A DNA stretch of 63,986 nt, filler included, from Octopus bimaculoides (Eukaryota): NCBI RefSeq assembly GCF_001194135.2. It is 9 parts of 9 records of this genome, joined end to end, with 100 filler letters (N's around TTAATTAATTAA, not from the genome) between each part and the next. Parts side by side here need not be neighbours in the genome. Positions count along the whole stretch, not along the records: positions 23,055 to 40,511 come from NC_068986.1; 8 more parts are not named here. One strand, given 5' to 3'. Position 1 is the stretch's first letter. The number at the start of each line of letters is the position of its first letter. Positions 25,481 through 39,419 of this stretch are shown in pieces. Position numbers and translations under genes: made by a program. The notes beneath the pieces are model-generated. The model was not told where the DNA came from and did not search any database. It saw only the letters and a program-made list of their open reading frames with translations.

Positions 25481-25625
25481 AAACAAATATTGTTTCATGG
25501 GAGAGAAATCTTCAGTGACAATCTCTACTATAAGTAGTTTCAATAACACAAAAAGTATCAAAGTTATCTCCCTTACAATCTTGGTCATTGAGCTTTTTAT
25601 ACATTCCGTCCTCGGTATTCTTATA

Positions 25626-25964
25626 TTCTTTTACTTGTTTCACTCATTTGACTGCGACCATACTGAAGCATCGCCTTGAGAGGTTTTAGTCGAGCAAATC
25701 GACCCCAAGACTTTTTTAAAGCCTAGTACTTATTCTATCAATGTCTTTGTTGAACCGCTAAGTTATGGGGAAGTAAACACACCAATACCAGGTGATGGGG
25801 GACAACCGCAGACACAAACACAAATATATACATGTGTATATATATATATGATGGGCTTCTTTCAGTTTCCGTCTACCAGATCCACTCCATGGTACCACGG
25901 AGTGGGACTGAACCCAGAACCATGTGGTTGGGAAGCAAGCCTCTTACCACACATCCATACTTAC
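25626..25964 (-). mobile_element. SINE family A with internal deletion
   Basis: Reverse complement of the family tail, body and head, lacking part of the core. Confidence 0.8.
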
Positions 25965-28900
25965 ACCAGCATATTTATTTCTAATTTGATTTGTTTTTTT
26001 CAATTTTCGACGCATTAATTATGCTAATCCTAGTGTGTCTCTACGATCAGTATTATTTTGTGCCTTTCTATTATTTCTCAAGTTCTTCAAAGAAAAAGGT
26101 GTTCTGAAATCTGTTTTTGTTTGTGAAAAATGTTTATGTATTAGTTTTGGCAAGATTCCTACGCGAAATCGTGTGTTGAAACAGATATTGTTATATTTCG
26201 GGATGGGAATTTTTTTGCTAGATAAAATACACATATATTCGTTCTTCACTTCAGATTTATTATTGTTCTTATTGTATGTCTTTTGTCTGGAAATCTTTCG
26301 TCACACAACCTGTGACCTCTTCAGCGATTCTCCATCCCATGTGGCTTCTGTTCTGTTTAGCATAATTAATGGACAAAACTGAAGACTCAGAATTTCTGAT
26401 GTTCAAAGTGTTTTGTTTAAGGCCGTCATAAAAATGTTCGGGGATGTTCTCGAGGAAAAAAAAAACAAAAAAAAAAAAAACATATCGCAAGCCTTAGTAT
26501 TGGTTCTAAGTTATTTCTTTGCAATCGTCACATATATTTGTACAGAAGTGTTAATGCTAATATGTATTAAAAACCTAACTATATAAGGACATAGTTACTG
26601 ATGTACAGAGATGGGAAATAAACATATTTTTATTTCCATTTATCATATGAACTAATAACACGAACAATGGAGGTTTTAGCATAGGAATTAACTATCGGAA
26701 ATATATAAATAAAGAAGAAATGAAGAGAGAGAGAGAGAGAGACAGAGAGAGGCAGTAAGACAGCGAGGCAGTTGAGGTAGAAGGACTACCTCGCAATTTA
26801 AGACTTAAAAATACGCTGCCAACGAATTAATATTAATCATTTAATCGAAAATAAAATTAAAAATCACATTTTGATAAAAATATATTTAAATCGGAATTTT
26901 AAAAAATTTCCTAGTCAATAAAGGATTTAATAATTACTTTCTTTTAGTAAAAGTTACATAATTCTTACTAATTAATAAGCATCTTCCTCCATTATTGTAT
27001 TGATTTATGAACTGAGAAAAAGGTAACATTAGAACATAGACATATGACAGCAATCATTTCGGGAAATGAGGGAGACAAGCTTAGTCATAATTTAGCTTTA
27101 TTAGACTTTCTTAACGAAAAAAAGTGGGTGTATAACATTTCAAGCATGGCTCTTTGTCTACAAAAGGAGAGAGGAAAGGTCTAGAGAGAGAGAAAAAAAG
27201 CTCAAGAAAAACACGTGTGTGGTTACATGGCTGAAGTCACACACACACACACACACACATTTTACTTTTTACCTGTTTTAGTCATTGTAATATACATGTA
27301 TAAATTAAAATAATGATGTGTTTAATATTTATGATCTGTATATATGTGCGGAACAGTGTAGATGTAATATTTTATCGTAAAAAATTTCTCAAAGAGATTT
27401 CTTAGCAAAAGAAAAGCAACAATAAACATAGACCTTGCTCAGAATGTAGTCGGAGGTTCGTTTCGGTCTCGCTTTTATCTCCTGAGTGACGAGTCCCTAT
27501 TTCTCTCTATTTCTAGAAAATATCTGTTTCGACCAGAAATGTCTCGTAGTGTTCGTCATTGAGGAGGCCAAATGCAATTGAAACACCGTGTCTGACGATT
27601 CGCCGATGACATTCTGAGCGAGCTCTGAGTCTGTTGTACCGAATATTGACGAGTCTTCTTGCTTTGTTTACTTATTTTAAAAAGGGCTGACACAAATCCC
27701 AGAAAGTGATGAAATGATGGAGATGACGATTTTTGTAGAAAGAAAGGGATTCGAAGCTTCAATCAGCAATAGTGAGCGGAGTTGACTGCTGCTTTTATAA
27801 ACGCTTGACACTGGACAATAGATTTGAAACAGAGAAACAAACGCCTAACAAATGCAGATACCTCACTCGGTATGCTGATTGATCATAGCTACATTGATTC
27901 CTGTGGTTTAAGTATAAATGTTGCACGGCGATGTTTCGTTTTTCATTTCAATGTCCAAAGATAGGCTTAGGGTCGATAAGTGTACGCTCAAGTTACTTAC
28001 AAAAATTTTTACAACCCACGCTAACACATGCCCCGTCCCAATTTTCCTACGCTCCACGTTAGGAAACACTGTTCTATATCTTCACGGAGTAATATTTGTC
28101 TATAGACAGGAATTAGAATTTGCTGTCATTGCTGTGTCATTCATTTTTTTTAATGAATTCCGGTTCGACCTATATAATTTTTTCCACATCTTAAATAAAT
28201 TATTCCACAGTTGGGCTGCGACAATTTTGTATGTTGGTTCTGTTGATGAAAATAATTTAGCATTTGTTACTATTCGCTTAAATAATTGTAATTGCCTTCT
28301 ACTTTTATAATTATACGTGTCTGATGACTCCAATTCATCATGGTGCTATGTTTTAGCATCAGCAAGATTATTTCTGTATGTCATCTCTAAATTGGTTTCT
28401 TTTCATGGCACACATACACATATAATGATGCGTATATACACAAATACACATTTTATACCTTGAGAACAGATACGACGAATTTGATTAAAAAGTTACCACC
28501 CTTATATTATATTTCCCAGCCAAAATGTGTAGTTTTTGTTGTTGTTAGTAAGATCTACGTCACTAGCTGCCTGGCTGAAACTAGTGTAATTAATTTTAGT
28601 TCAGAGCTGGCTGGTGTTCCAAATTCTTGGAAGAAAAGAAAGTGCTACGGGCTATATATTTTGTAATAAAAACGTACTCATTTCCAATATTCTATCCTAC
28701 TATATAAAATACTGTACTTAGATGCAGTAATAGTATATGCTACAGAAGGCAGATGCCCTTAACATACGTTAAGTAACTTAAGACTGATGTTTAAAAGCAA
28801 AATCTCTTCTAAGATTTCTCCCTTGAAATTCTACCTAGGTTTTTCCCCTCATTATTTAAACCAAGAAGTAAATATTGCTATCTGTATATCAACCACTAAC

Positions 28901-29031
28901 CCGACCAGCATGTAGCATAACTGTCTAAATAGACAGAGTAATAAACATACAACGCTACGCTATCAGTTGCTTTAGAAATTATATTTATATCATTTGAATA
29001 TTTTTGTTTACTTTTGCAACTGCTTCGTACA

Positions 29032-29125
<94 letters not shown>

Positions 29126-29195
29126 ACATGAAGTAGTACGCACACATATTTTTAAATGTAAATATATATATATATATATGTATATATATATGTAA

Positions 29196-29228
<33 letters not shown>

Positions 29229-29378
29229 CACACACACACATACACATGTATGTGTGTTTGCGTGTATGTATGTATGTGTGCATGTATGTGTTTTTATATA
29301 TATATACATACAATAATACGCGCACAAACAATATATACATACATACATATATGCAAATATAAGCATATGTATGTATGC

Positions 29379-29420
<42 letters not shown>

Positions 29421-30194
29421 GCGTGTGTGTGTGTGTGTATGCGTGCGTGTATACATTTAAAATGTCTTTCTCCTTTAATGCTAATTTTCAAAAGACATGA
29501 GTCATAAATAATCTTAAAGAATTAATGAACAAATAAAGTAATCGTTTTGTGGAATGCATTTGAGCCGAAGAATTTCAAGTGAAACTGCATCCTCTCCCAG
29601 TAAAAATAGCAGTTTTATGTAGGCTTGCTGCCAAAAAGAAAAAAAAAAAAAATTTAGGCCTAATTTCTTTATGAAACGCTAAGAAGTAATGAAGTAGTTT
29701 GCGTGAGTGTTTGATTAATTCTTTGTGTATTTATCTACGTGGAATGCAATAAATGTTAATGCAATAATTTGTGACCAGAAGTACCCATAAAGTGCAACTG
29801 TTAATGCAGAGTCTTAATATAAACATTTACGTGGCTGTGTTTTTATTAGTAATACATGTGACGTCTCTCAGCACCTTACTGCTGTCATGTCTAACATATG
29901 TCTCGTCGGCAATAACCATGTCTACAATATGTTTATTTTAATAAAAATATATATGAATCTGATATATGCTCCTCCCACTTTAGGAATTATTTATATATGA
30001 AAGCGTATCTTCTATTTTCCTAGAACCAGATAATCGATTTTGTTAAACATAAATTGATTATCTGCAATGGAGATAATCTAAGTTAATGTATGTTATTGTA
30101 TATTAATTTCATACTATTTCTTTCTTAGTTTAAATCAGTGTTCTTTCATATTTCCGGGTTTGATAAAATAAAGGTTAATAATATAATAGCATAA

Positions 30195-30395
30195 TGCAGC
30201 GAACTGGTAGAATCGTTAGCACGCCGGGCAAACTGCTTCGCGGTATTTATCATTTGTATTTTCGTTCTCAGTTCAAATTCCGCGGAGGTTGACTTTGCCT
30301 TTCATACTCTCGGAATCGGTGTAACACAGAGGTTGATATTATTGACTTACCCCTCCCTCGAATTTACTGACATTGTGCCAAAATTTGAAACCAAT
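30195..30395 (+). mobile_element. SINE family C
   Basis: gcagcgaactggtagaatcgttagcacgccggg...gttcaaattccgcggaggttgactttgcctttcat...gtgccaaaatttgaaacc. Confidence 0.75.
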
Positions 30396-31815
30396 AATAT
30401 ACTAGTATCCGTTCTATCAAATAAAATCACATTAAAATTGCTTTTTTAGTTAGTCAAACATAATCACTCTCAAAATTGACTGTATACTTAGTCAAAATAA
30501 ATTCTCTGTAAAATGTTAAGCTTCACTAATTTTCGAGATAGTAAATTATCTACTTTCAAATGTTCAAATCTGGAAGGATTTTCACTTATAAAATTTATTC
30601 TGTGATAATTGTTATTAAAATCTCAAGCAGGAATTCAAACAATCGGGTTAGAAAACGAAGTTAAATAAATAAGTGTGTTGTACCTCGTTTCATACATGTC
30701 TAGAATGCTTAGAACATAAGGAAGTGTAAACATTCTTACGATTGCCTCAGTTTAGCAAATTGATAAGGTGCCAAACCAGCTGTGTTGTGTCTGTGCAAAG
30801 AGACATAAATATTAACTGCTCAATCATCTTTGTCGTACACAGATTACACAAGTACTAGTCGTTTTATAAACCAAAAACCCCTCAGTACAAGCTTTCTGTG
30901 AAAAATTGGACGTATGAAATCCACTAGTTTGATCAGCTCTTGACTTACATGATGTCGGCACCTTCAGTGGCGCTCAAACGATGCAGGGGTTATCAGATAT
31001 GTCATGAATAACACCGCATCTCTTTACAAAATCATTCCAATAGATCCAAATTCCTTCGATGAAAAAGCTGTCATTCATTCCTCTACATCGTGTTCTACTA
31101 GTGAGAGAAACAAAATCTCCAATATTTACATTTTATAAATAAAGATTACACCGTATGTTTTCTCAAGGGGCATCCCTTTAAAACGTAGGGTCATATCATT
31201 ATTATATATATGCCTTAAATAAATTTTTATATAATGTACATAATCAATTGAACTACAGAATAGTATACTACTAATGCATTTTTTTTGTTAAGCTCAGGAG
31301 GATAAAAGGTAAACACAACACATGGAATTTGAATTGGTAACTCAGATGGACGAAACAAAAATGCTATATACACCAATATATTAGGGCCTGCACTCACCCC
31401 TCGCTTACATTGTCTCATTAACTGTTGACCTTTCAAGGGTTCGATTGTATTAACTAACAATAGTATTAACTTAACCCAGCAGTCATTATCTTCCAGTTTA
31501 AGTTCGTGTGTGTAGGGATATTGGAAGTCTGTTGGTGCTACTCTTTTCTAACTTGCGTTTAGAAAAGAACATATACGAATCACAGTCATAACGGAAAGTA
31601 AGAACAGCAGTATAGCAATAGAGCACTTGGCTATTTGGACACAGGAGCATTTGAAATATTCCGGTGGGTATTAAAAATGAGAAGCGTAATTTTTCCGAAA
31701 CATATCACAAATCAACACATTCCATTTAAACATATTACACTTAGACATATCACATATAAACTTAGAATATTAAAGAAAGAATACATAGGCTAAATAATTT
31801 TTGCAACAAAATGCA

Positions 31816-31850
<35 letters not shown>

Positions 31851-32379
31851 TTATCTATCTATCTCTCCCCCTCTCTCTCTCTCTCTATATATATATATAT
31901 CATCCCTAAACATAAATCCAAAAAAAGTCGCATACTCTAAGTTATAGAGGAGTATATATTAAAGTTAGATAAGGCCGGTTTATAGGGTTACTTTAAGCTT
32001 TCACGTCCATAAAGGGCTTAGAGGATATTATTGCCTTTATAATGTAATCTAACATAGACAAGCATATTGGCAATAATTCCGCTCTTCAGAGATGTATAAA
32101 GTTGTTATTATATATGTGAAAACGAATGGTATACATAATAGAATATGCTATAAGACGATGTTAATTAAAAAATATTAAGAATATTAAAGATATTAAAATT
32201 TATAATTTATTATTTATACATACCCCCACGAAACAGAAAAGTAAAAATTTGACTTTATTTTGAAGCAGAAGCGCGGATATTTGCACTTGATCGTACGAAT
32301 TTGTTTCGTGCGGGGTATGTATAAATATTTGTGATATATATATATAATTATTATTTTAGTATATATATATATATATATG

Positions 32380-32570
32380 ACAATGTAACCTCGTGGATAT
32401 CGTTGGCGATTTTTTCTTCCTCCGTCTTTCCCTTCTTTGGACTTTCCTTTGTTTCCGACGAAGAGCTCCGCTCGAAACGTCAAATTCTCTTTCTTTCCTT
32501 TCCCGAGCGTCCAGTAACACAATCGGTATCACGTCCTCACGTTGTTGTTTTTTGTTTTTGTTTTTTTCCT
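32380..32570 (+). mobile_element. Short repeat (probable PLE pseudo-LTR derivative) carrying a hammerhead-like motif at 32452-32484
   Basis: UUU CCGACGA A GAGC-UCC-GCUC GAAAC GUC AAA. Homologous to 39040-39260. Confidence 0.55.
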
Positions 32571-33686
32571 TTTTTGAACCTATATATATATATATATATA
32601 TATTCAAATAGGCATAATTATGTACATATACTTGTAACTCAAGAACGAAGGTTTAGCATCAAAGTAGTTAAGTATAAGATGCTTCAAGAGTCACACATTT
32701 GTTACAGTCACGATGCAGAAGAACATTGAGAATTCCTGCATTGCAATATATTGAATTGGAAATATTTTCTTGCTGATATTTTGTAGATATTTTGCAATCC
32801 CTAATTTAGGGTGTGGTGCACATTTCATACTTTAAGATGCTTATCGTTCTCTGAAATACATACAGTTTAGAAATTATTTTTCTTGTTTTCGTATCTTTGC
32901 CAACAGAAATAAATCTTGCAGTATCAAAGAGTTAAACTCTGAAAGATTATATGTTAGTTTTGGCCTCAATAACTTTGTATACATCTGATAAATAATTACG
33001 ATAATTAAACTAATTTTGGAGATATAACTGCTGCTGTTTAGCAAACAAAATGTGAGAGCGTGGGATAGAATTTGTCGCCGTATTTGTTCAAACCTCACAG
33101 AATCAATTTTGCTTTCATACTTCCGGGATCGATAAATGAAATATCGATGCAGCCTATTCTTCATTCGTGCGTGTCATTCTTGATATTCTGCTTGATTAAA
33201 GGTGGTAGGGTCGAAAGGCTGTCTGTGTTTGTATACAGCTATATGGCCAGTTATAGATATAAGGGATAACACAGTACATTTTTATACCAAGTCATCATCG
33301 ATTGCAAATGATCATGTAGTTTATTAGATGTAAAAGCTAGCAATTAGTACATAGCACATTTCGAATTTTATAAGACATGCATGTGCTCTATTTGACGTAC
33401 TGTGTTCTGTTGCTCCCGTTTGAATTATCAGACAAAAATAATTACACACACGTACGCATAAACACATACACACATAGACACACAGGTCCCACGCACACGA
33501 ACGCGTGCACGCGCGCACACATACATACACACACACACAAAGAAATTTCGCTATAATAATATGCATGCATAAATAATGTCACCTCGTTACAGACTCATTG
33601 GATAAGAATAGAGGTAATATTATATATGATAGTAGACCTAAATTAAGTCGGAACGTAAATTATTCCGAATGAAAATGGAATAAAAA

Positions 33687-36600
33687 TGCTGTAATCCTTA
33701 ATGTCGGATTGTCATAACGCCCACTTCGATATAGCAGTATAGTTGTTAGACCAGGAAAGACACGACTATCAAAGACCGTCTGTTTCATACTCTCTCCCTA
33801 TACTGACCGACGTCACTTTACTTATAGCGACTGTCACATACCTCTCGTCACTTGGGAGGGGTATTACAATTATCCCCACAACACCCCCTTTAAGTTTTTC
33901 TTTATTCTCAGGGAGTGTCATTTTATTTCTTTTAATAACAATACTTTTTATATCACCCCCACCACCCTTTCTTGAGTTTTTTCTTAGTTACACATTTAAT
34001 ATTTTTTGTTTGGCATCCACTTCCAGGAACCCTCGTACATCTTTTTCTCACGTTTTTGCGCCTGGGTTCAATCTTTTGTAGTGGCATTGGTACTTCGAAA
34101 GTATTATACAACCATTTCATTGGTTCTTCCATTCTCTTCGGTTCGCTCTCAATGAATCTTTTTTCAGTTGGTTCATGTGTCTCTTGTATACACCTTCTTT
34201 ACTTTTTACCAAGTATAGCATTTTTCCTATACGTTTGGTAATCACGCCATCTTCCCAACTCTGTTTTCCGTTCTTATAAGCCCTCATAAATACCTTTTCA
34301 CCAATTTTGATAAATATTGTATTTTCCCTTGCAATTTTTCTTTTCTCGCTCAAGTAGCAATTTGTTGAAGACTGATTTTATTTTCCTCGCAAACATCAGT
34401 TCTGCTGGTAACATACCCGCTGGTGTATTTGAATTTGGTGTCACACGGTATACTCTTAAGAATTGTTGTTGAGCTACCTCATCCATGACATCCTTATTCG
34501 ACTTACTTAGGGCTCTCTTGAACGTATGGCGCCGTAGTTACATGTTCTACCGCGAATGTTCTACAAAACTTTTTTGATTCAAAAGACAAATTGCGTTCCA
34601 TTATCAGATGCTATGGCGTCTGGGATGCCAATCAGTTCATGTAAAAACAGCTCATGTAAAAAATTTGTCGCAGTTGAGGAGGTTAGTTTTTTTTACTCTT
34701 ACAAATTTCTGGCCATTTAGAGAAACTATCCACTGTCACTAAGTAATATGACCTGTTTAAGGGACCAGTGAAATCGATGTGTAGTCTCGACTATGGAACA
34801 TCTACTTCTGGCCAAGGTTCACTTTTTATCATCGGTAGTTTTGCCGCTAGAGCACATCCTCTACAGTCTTTNNNNNNNNNNNNNNNNNNNNNNNNNNNNN
34901 NNNNNNNNNNNNNNNNNNNNNNNNNNNNNNNNNNNNNNNNNNNNNNNNNNNNNNNNNNNNNNNNNNNNNNNNNNNNNNNNNNNNNNNNNNNNNNNNNNNN
35001 NNNNNNNNNNNNNNNNNNNNNNNNNNNNNNNNNNNNNNNNNNNNNNNNNNNNNNNNNNNNNNNNNNNNNNNNNNNNNNNNNNNNNNNNNNNNNNNNNNNN
35101 NNNNNNNNNNNNNNNNNNNNNNNNNNNNNNNNNNNNNNAATTGAGTAGAGATTCACGTCTTTGTTTCGTTTCGCGCCAATCCTGTTCCTATTTACTTTTC
35201 CTGACCACAGTATTCTTTTAACTTCTGTAATGAATTTGTCCTTTACCGCATTTCGCTTCATGTCTTCTAGGGTTACCGGTAGTTCGCGTACTACATTCCA
35301 CATTACATTCTTTATTTCTCTTTCTGCTCTTAAAGCTAAGATTACTGTGTCTTCGAATGGCTCGCAGTGTTTCGGTATCAGTCTGGACAAGCCGTCCATA
35401 TGCCCTAGTTTTTTTGACGGTAAATATTCCATTTTGTAGTCATAATTCAATAATGTAGTGCCCCATCGCGGTAATCTATTTGCTGTGTGTGTTGGTATTC
35501 CTTTTTTAGAACCGTATATTGACAGTAGTGAGCGATGATCCGTTTGTAGATAGAAACTTCTTCCATGAATAAATTTATGGATTTTTTTCATACTTAGTAT
35601 GATTGCTAACGCTACCTTTTCTTTCTGACTGTAGTTCCTTTCAGTTGGTAATAACGATCGTGACGCATGCGCTATAACCTTTTTACTGCCATCGACATAT
35701 TTGTGCAGAAGCACGGCTCCTACACGTAATCACTCGCATCTGTAGCCAATATAATATCCAACTTCGGACCAAAATGCATTAATGATAAGTCCGATGTTAA
35801 CTCGTCAAATGTCTTCTAGCACTTATCAGCCCATCACTATTTTGTATTTTTCTTTAACAGATTACTGAGCGGGACCCTTACCTTATGAATATTGGGAATG
35901 TAAATTTGATAATAATTTACTAAACCTAAGAATGCTTGTAGCATAGTCATAATATTTGGTGTGGGCATATTTTTTTTATCGCACTTGCTCTAGATGGATC
36001 CGGTCTTCGTCCGTTATCTATTATCTGGCCTAAGTATTTAATTTTTTTTCATGAAGAACTCACATTTTTCTGCCGTTAACTTGAAACCGTATTTTCTAAT
36101 CTTCTCGAATATCCTTTTAACGTGTTCTATATGCTGTTCATGTGATTCGCTTTTTATTAGAATATCGTCTTAATAGGTGATAGTGAAATCACAGTCGTTC
36201 AGCATTGTATCCATTATTTGCTGAAATATGGCAGGAGCCGCTTTTACACTAAAGGGAAGCCGCTTAAATTTAAATAAGCCACGGTGGGTATTGATGGTTA
36301 ATAAATGTGAGCATTCTTCTTCTGCTTAGATCTGTAGATATGCCTCCGAGAGGTTTAATTTTGAGGAAAAATTTCCCTCCATTCAAATTTGCAAACACTT
36401 CCTCAGGACTCAGCAAAAGGTAGTTATGTGAGATTAAGCAATCATTCAAACCTGTTGAAAAATCTACACAAACTCGTTATTTTTCTTTTTTACGTAGACT
36501 TTAGGTGCTGCTCAGTTTGAGTGGTCAGTCTTCTCGATTGTTCCTTGGCTTCCAAGTCTTTCAAGTTCCTTGTTTATCTGCAGCCAATTTTCTTAAGATT

Positions 36601-37217
36601 AGACGCGTTTTCATATCGTCTTCCCAATCTTTGTATTCTTTATCGAAGATTTATTCGTATCTTCTATGGTAAGCCTCGAAAGTAGCTCCTTCGTCTGGTT
36701 CGTGCTTAAACTCTGTTATCGAGTTCGCAACATAATCTGGTGAGAATTCTTTTTCAGCATTTCCTGACGACTTAGTTCTCATTAGTTGCAGCATTTGTTG
36801 CTGTAATAATAACTGTTGTTGTTGTTGTTGCTTCAGCTGTTGTTCTTTCAGTTGCAGCTGCTGCTGTTGTTGTTCTTTCAGTTGCTGTTGCTGTTTTTGT
36901 AACTCGAGAAAACCAGCCAACAAATTTTCCATAATTTTACGATTTTTTTCGTAAAATTCGCACGCAAAAAAACCCAAACTTTTGTGAGTTTGTTAATTCC
37001 TCGTCGCCACTGTTGTAATCCTTTATTCTCGGATTGTTATAACACCCTCATCGGTATAACAGTATAGTTGTTAGACCAGTAAAGACACGACTGTCTAAGA
37101 CCGTCTACTTCGTACTCTCTTCCTATACTGACCGACGTTACTTTATTTATAGCGATTAGAACAGACCACTCGTCAATGGGGAGGGGGTGTATAATTATTA
37201 CTATTATCCCCACAACA
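33687..37217 (-). mobile_element. Ty3/Gypsy LTR retrotransposon (Mag/K02A2.6-like), decayed and internally deleted
   Basis: LTRs at 37011-37217 (5') and 33687-33883 (3'), both TG...CA. PBS TGGCGACGAGGA at 36998-37009; PPT AAGGGGG next to the 3' LTR. RT (KRLPFSVKAAPAIFQQIMD, YLDDIL), RNase H (DASD..VIAHASRSLLPTERNYSQKEK, TDHRSL) and integrase (DFTGPL, VDSFSKWPE, SDNGTQF) remnants on minus. Flanks AAAAA/AGAAA are a possible TSD. Confidence 0.93.
36600..36930 (-). pseudogene. Gypsy gag N-terminal remnant with poly-Q tract
   Basis: MENLLAGFLELQKQQQQLKEQQQQQ...NSITEFKHEPDEGATFEAYHRRYE just downstream of the PBS. Confidence 0.7.
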
Positions 37218-37451
37218 AGAAACAATACATTTTTGGTTTAATAAATGTTTTCAGGAGTCACGAGATCGCATAGTGCCAAAAAGTACAGAATATCAGCAGC
37301 GGACAAAAAATGTCCAGCACCGGCAGCGGAACAGATAGATCGTGTGATTTCAGCGTGTTCGCACGTCATCAGCATAGGTATTCGCTGACACCATATACTA
37401 GTCAAATTTCCTCTGTGCTGATGTAATGGTGCACGTATGTATGTATGTATA

Positions 37452-37501
<50 letters not shown>

Positions 37502-38276
37502 NNNNNNNNNNNNNNNNNNNNNNNNNNNNNNNNNNNNNNNNNNNNNNNNNNNNNNNNNNNNNNNNNNNNNNNNNNNNNNNNNNNNNNNNNNNNNNNNNNN
37601 NNNNNNNNNNNNNNNNNNNNNNNNNNNNNNNNNNNNNNNNNNNNNNNNNNNNNNNNNNNNNNNNNNNNNNNNNNNNNNNNNNNNNNNNNNNNNNNNNNNN
37701 NNNNNNNNNNNNNNNNNNNNNNNNNNNNNNNNNNNNNNNNNNNNNNNNNNNNNNNNNNNNNNNNNNNNNNNNNNNNNNNNNNNNNNNNNNNNNNNNNNNN
37801 NNNNNNNNNNNNNNNNNNNNNNNNNNNNNNNNNNNNNNNNNNNNNNNNNNNNNNNNNNNNNNNNNNNNNNNNNNNNNNNNNNNNNNNNNNNNNNNNNNNN
37901 NNNNNNNNNNNNNNNNNNNNNNNNNNNNNNNNNNNNNNNNNNNNNNNNNNNNNNNNNNNNNNNNNNNNNNNNNNNNNNNNNNNNNNNNNNNNNNNNNNNN
38001 NNNNNNNNNNNNNNNNNNNNNNNNNNNNNNNNNNNNNNNNNNNNNNNNNNNNNNNNNNNNNNNNNNNNNNNNNNNNNNNNNNNNNNNNNNNNNNNNNNNN
38101 NNNNNNNNNNNNNNNNNNNNNNNNNNNNNNNNNNNNNNNNNNNNNNNNNNNNNNNNNNNNNNNNNNNNNNNNNGAATAAGCCGTTATCTCAACGTGTATT
38201 TCTAATCGGTATATTTTTACTACCTCTGAAGAGATTCATCTTATAATGATTTTAATTTTATAAATTAATTATCTAA

Positions 38277-38680
38277 TAAGCGCAGGAGTGGCTGTGTGGT
38301 AAGTAGCTTGCTTACCAACCACATGCTTCTGGGTTCAGTCCCACTGCGTGGCACCTTGGGCAAGTGTCTTCTACTATAGCCTCGGACCGACCAAAGCCTT
38401 GTGAGTGGATTTGGTTGACGGAAACTGAAAGAAGCCCGTCGTATATGTATATATATATATGTGTTTCTGTGTCTGTGTTTGTCCCCCCAGCATCGCTTGA
38501 CAACCGATGCTGTTGTGTTTACGCCCACCGTAACTTAGCTGTTCGGCAAAAGAGACCGATAGAATAAGTACTAGGCTTACGAAGAATAAGTCCTGGTGTC
38601 GATTTGCTCGACTAAAGGCGGTGTTCCAGCATGGCCGCAGTCAAATGACTGAAACAAGTAAAAGAGTAAAAGAGTAAAGA
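38277..38680 (+). mobile_element. SINE family A, full-length young copy
   Basis: taagcgcaggagtggctgtgtggtaagtagc...gggttcagtccc (A/B boxes) through to the (taaaagag)n tail. Confidence 0.92.
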
Positions 38681-38959
38681 TTTCTGAATCGAAACAGCTG
38701 TCAGAGATGTTGTCATATTTTATAATTAATAAATAATTTTATTAATTGCCTCTCCATTTTCGTCATATTTTTTAAATATATGAATATATGAATCACAGTT
38801 TATATGGTTACCTCATGTTGAGCTATCTATAGATTGGCAACTAACCAGTATTCTCATTGGATTTATGATCCCTTAATGAGGTTTATTACCTTTACTTGAT
38901 TATAGACAGATATATATATATATATATANNNNNNNNNNGAGAGAGAGAGAGAGAGAGAG

Positions 38960-39004
<45 letters not shown>

Positions 39005-39039
39005 TGAAACAACTTCAGATCACTGAAAGAAAAACGGCA

Positions 39040-39260
39040 ATGTAACCACACACATGTTGTTGGCAATTTCGTTTCCTTCTTCAAACTTTTTCTTTCCCCC
39101 TTTCCGACGAAGAGCCATGTTCAAAACGCCAAACTCTCTCTTCATCGAACGTGAAGCTAATACAATCCTTGTGCACGTCCTGTTGTTGTCCGCTAATTTT
39201 ACTATTCGTTTCCTTTTTTTAACTGATTGCTTTTTTGAATTGATTGTTTATTTGAATCGA
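39040..39260 (+). mobile_element. Short repeat homologous to 32380-32570 with a degenerate hammerhead-like motif (39101-39133)
   Basis: UUU CCGACGA A GAGC-CAU-GUUC AAAAC GCC AAA, with shared flanks gtaacc..gttggc.attt and acaat..cacgtcc..gttgttg. Confidence 0.5.
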
Positions 39261-39419
39261 CTATACATACATACATACATACATACATACATACATAGGT
39301 ACGTACGCGCGCGCGCGCACACACACACATACATACGTAGGCGGTCGATCGCGCGCGCGCGCGAAGGGTCTCTGATTTGGGATCGGGTATCTTGCTTTAA
39401 AGCAAGATTTTGAAACTAT

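Noticed and set aside
26019-26490. Overlapping 73-115 aa ORFs on both strands
   Set aside because: No recognisable domain or splice structure, and the lengths are compatible with chance.
30830-31130. Cys-containing semi-open minus frame (GDFVSLTSRTRC...)
   Set aside because: Only about 50 codons between stops and no recognisable motif.
39300-39365. (CG)n runs here and near 47275, 47520 and 53772 as Z-DNA elements
   Set aside because: They are short and continuous with (CA/TG)n microsatellites, and are best explained as microsatellite variants.
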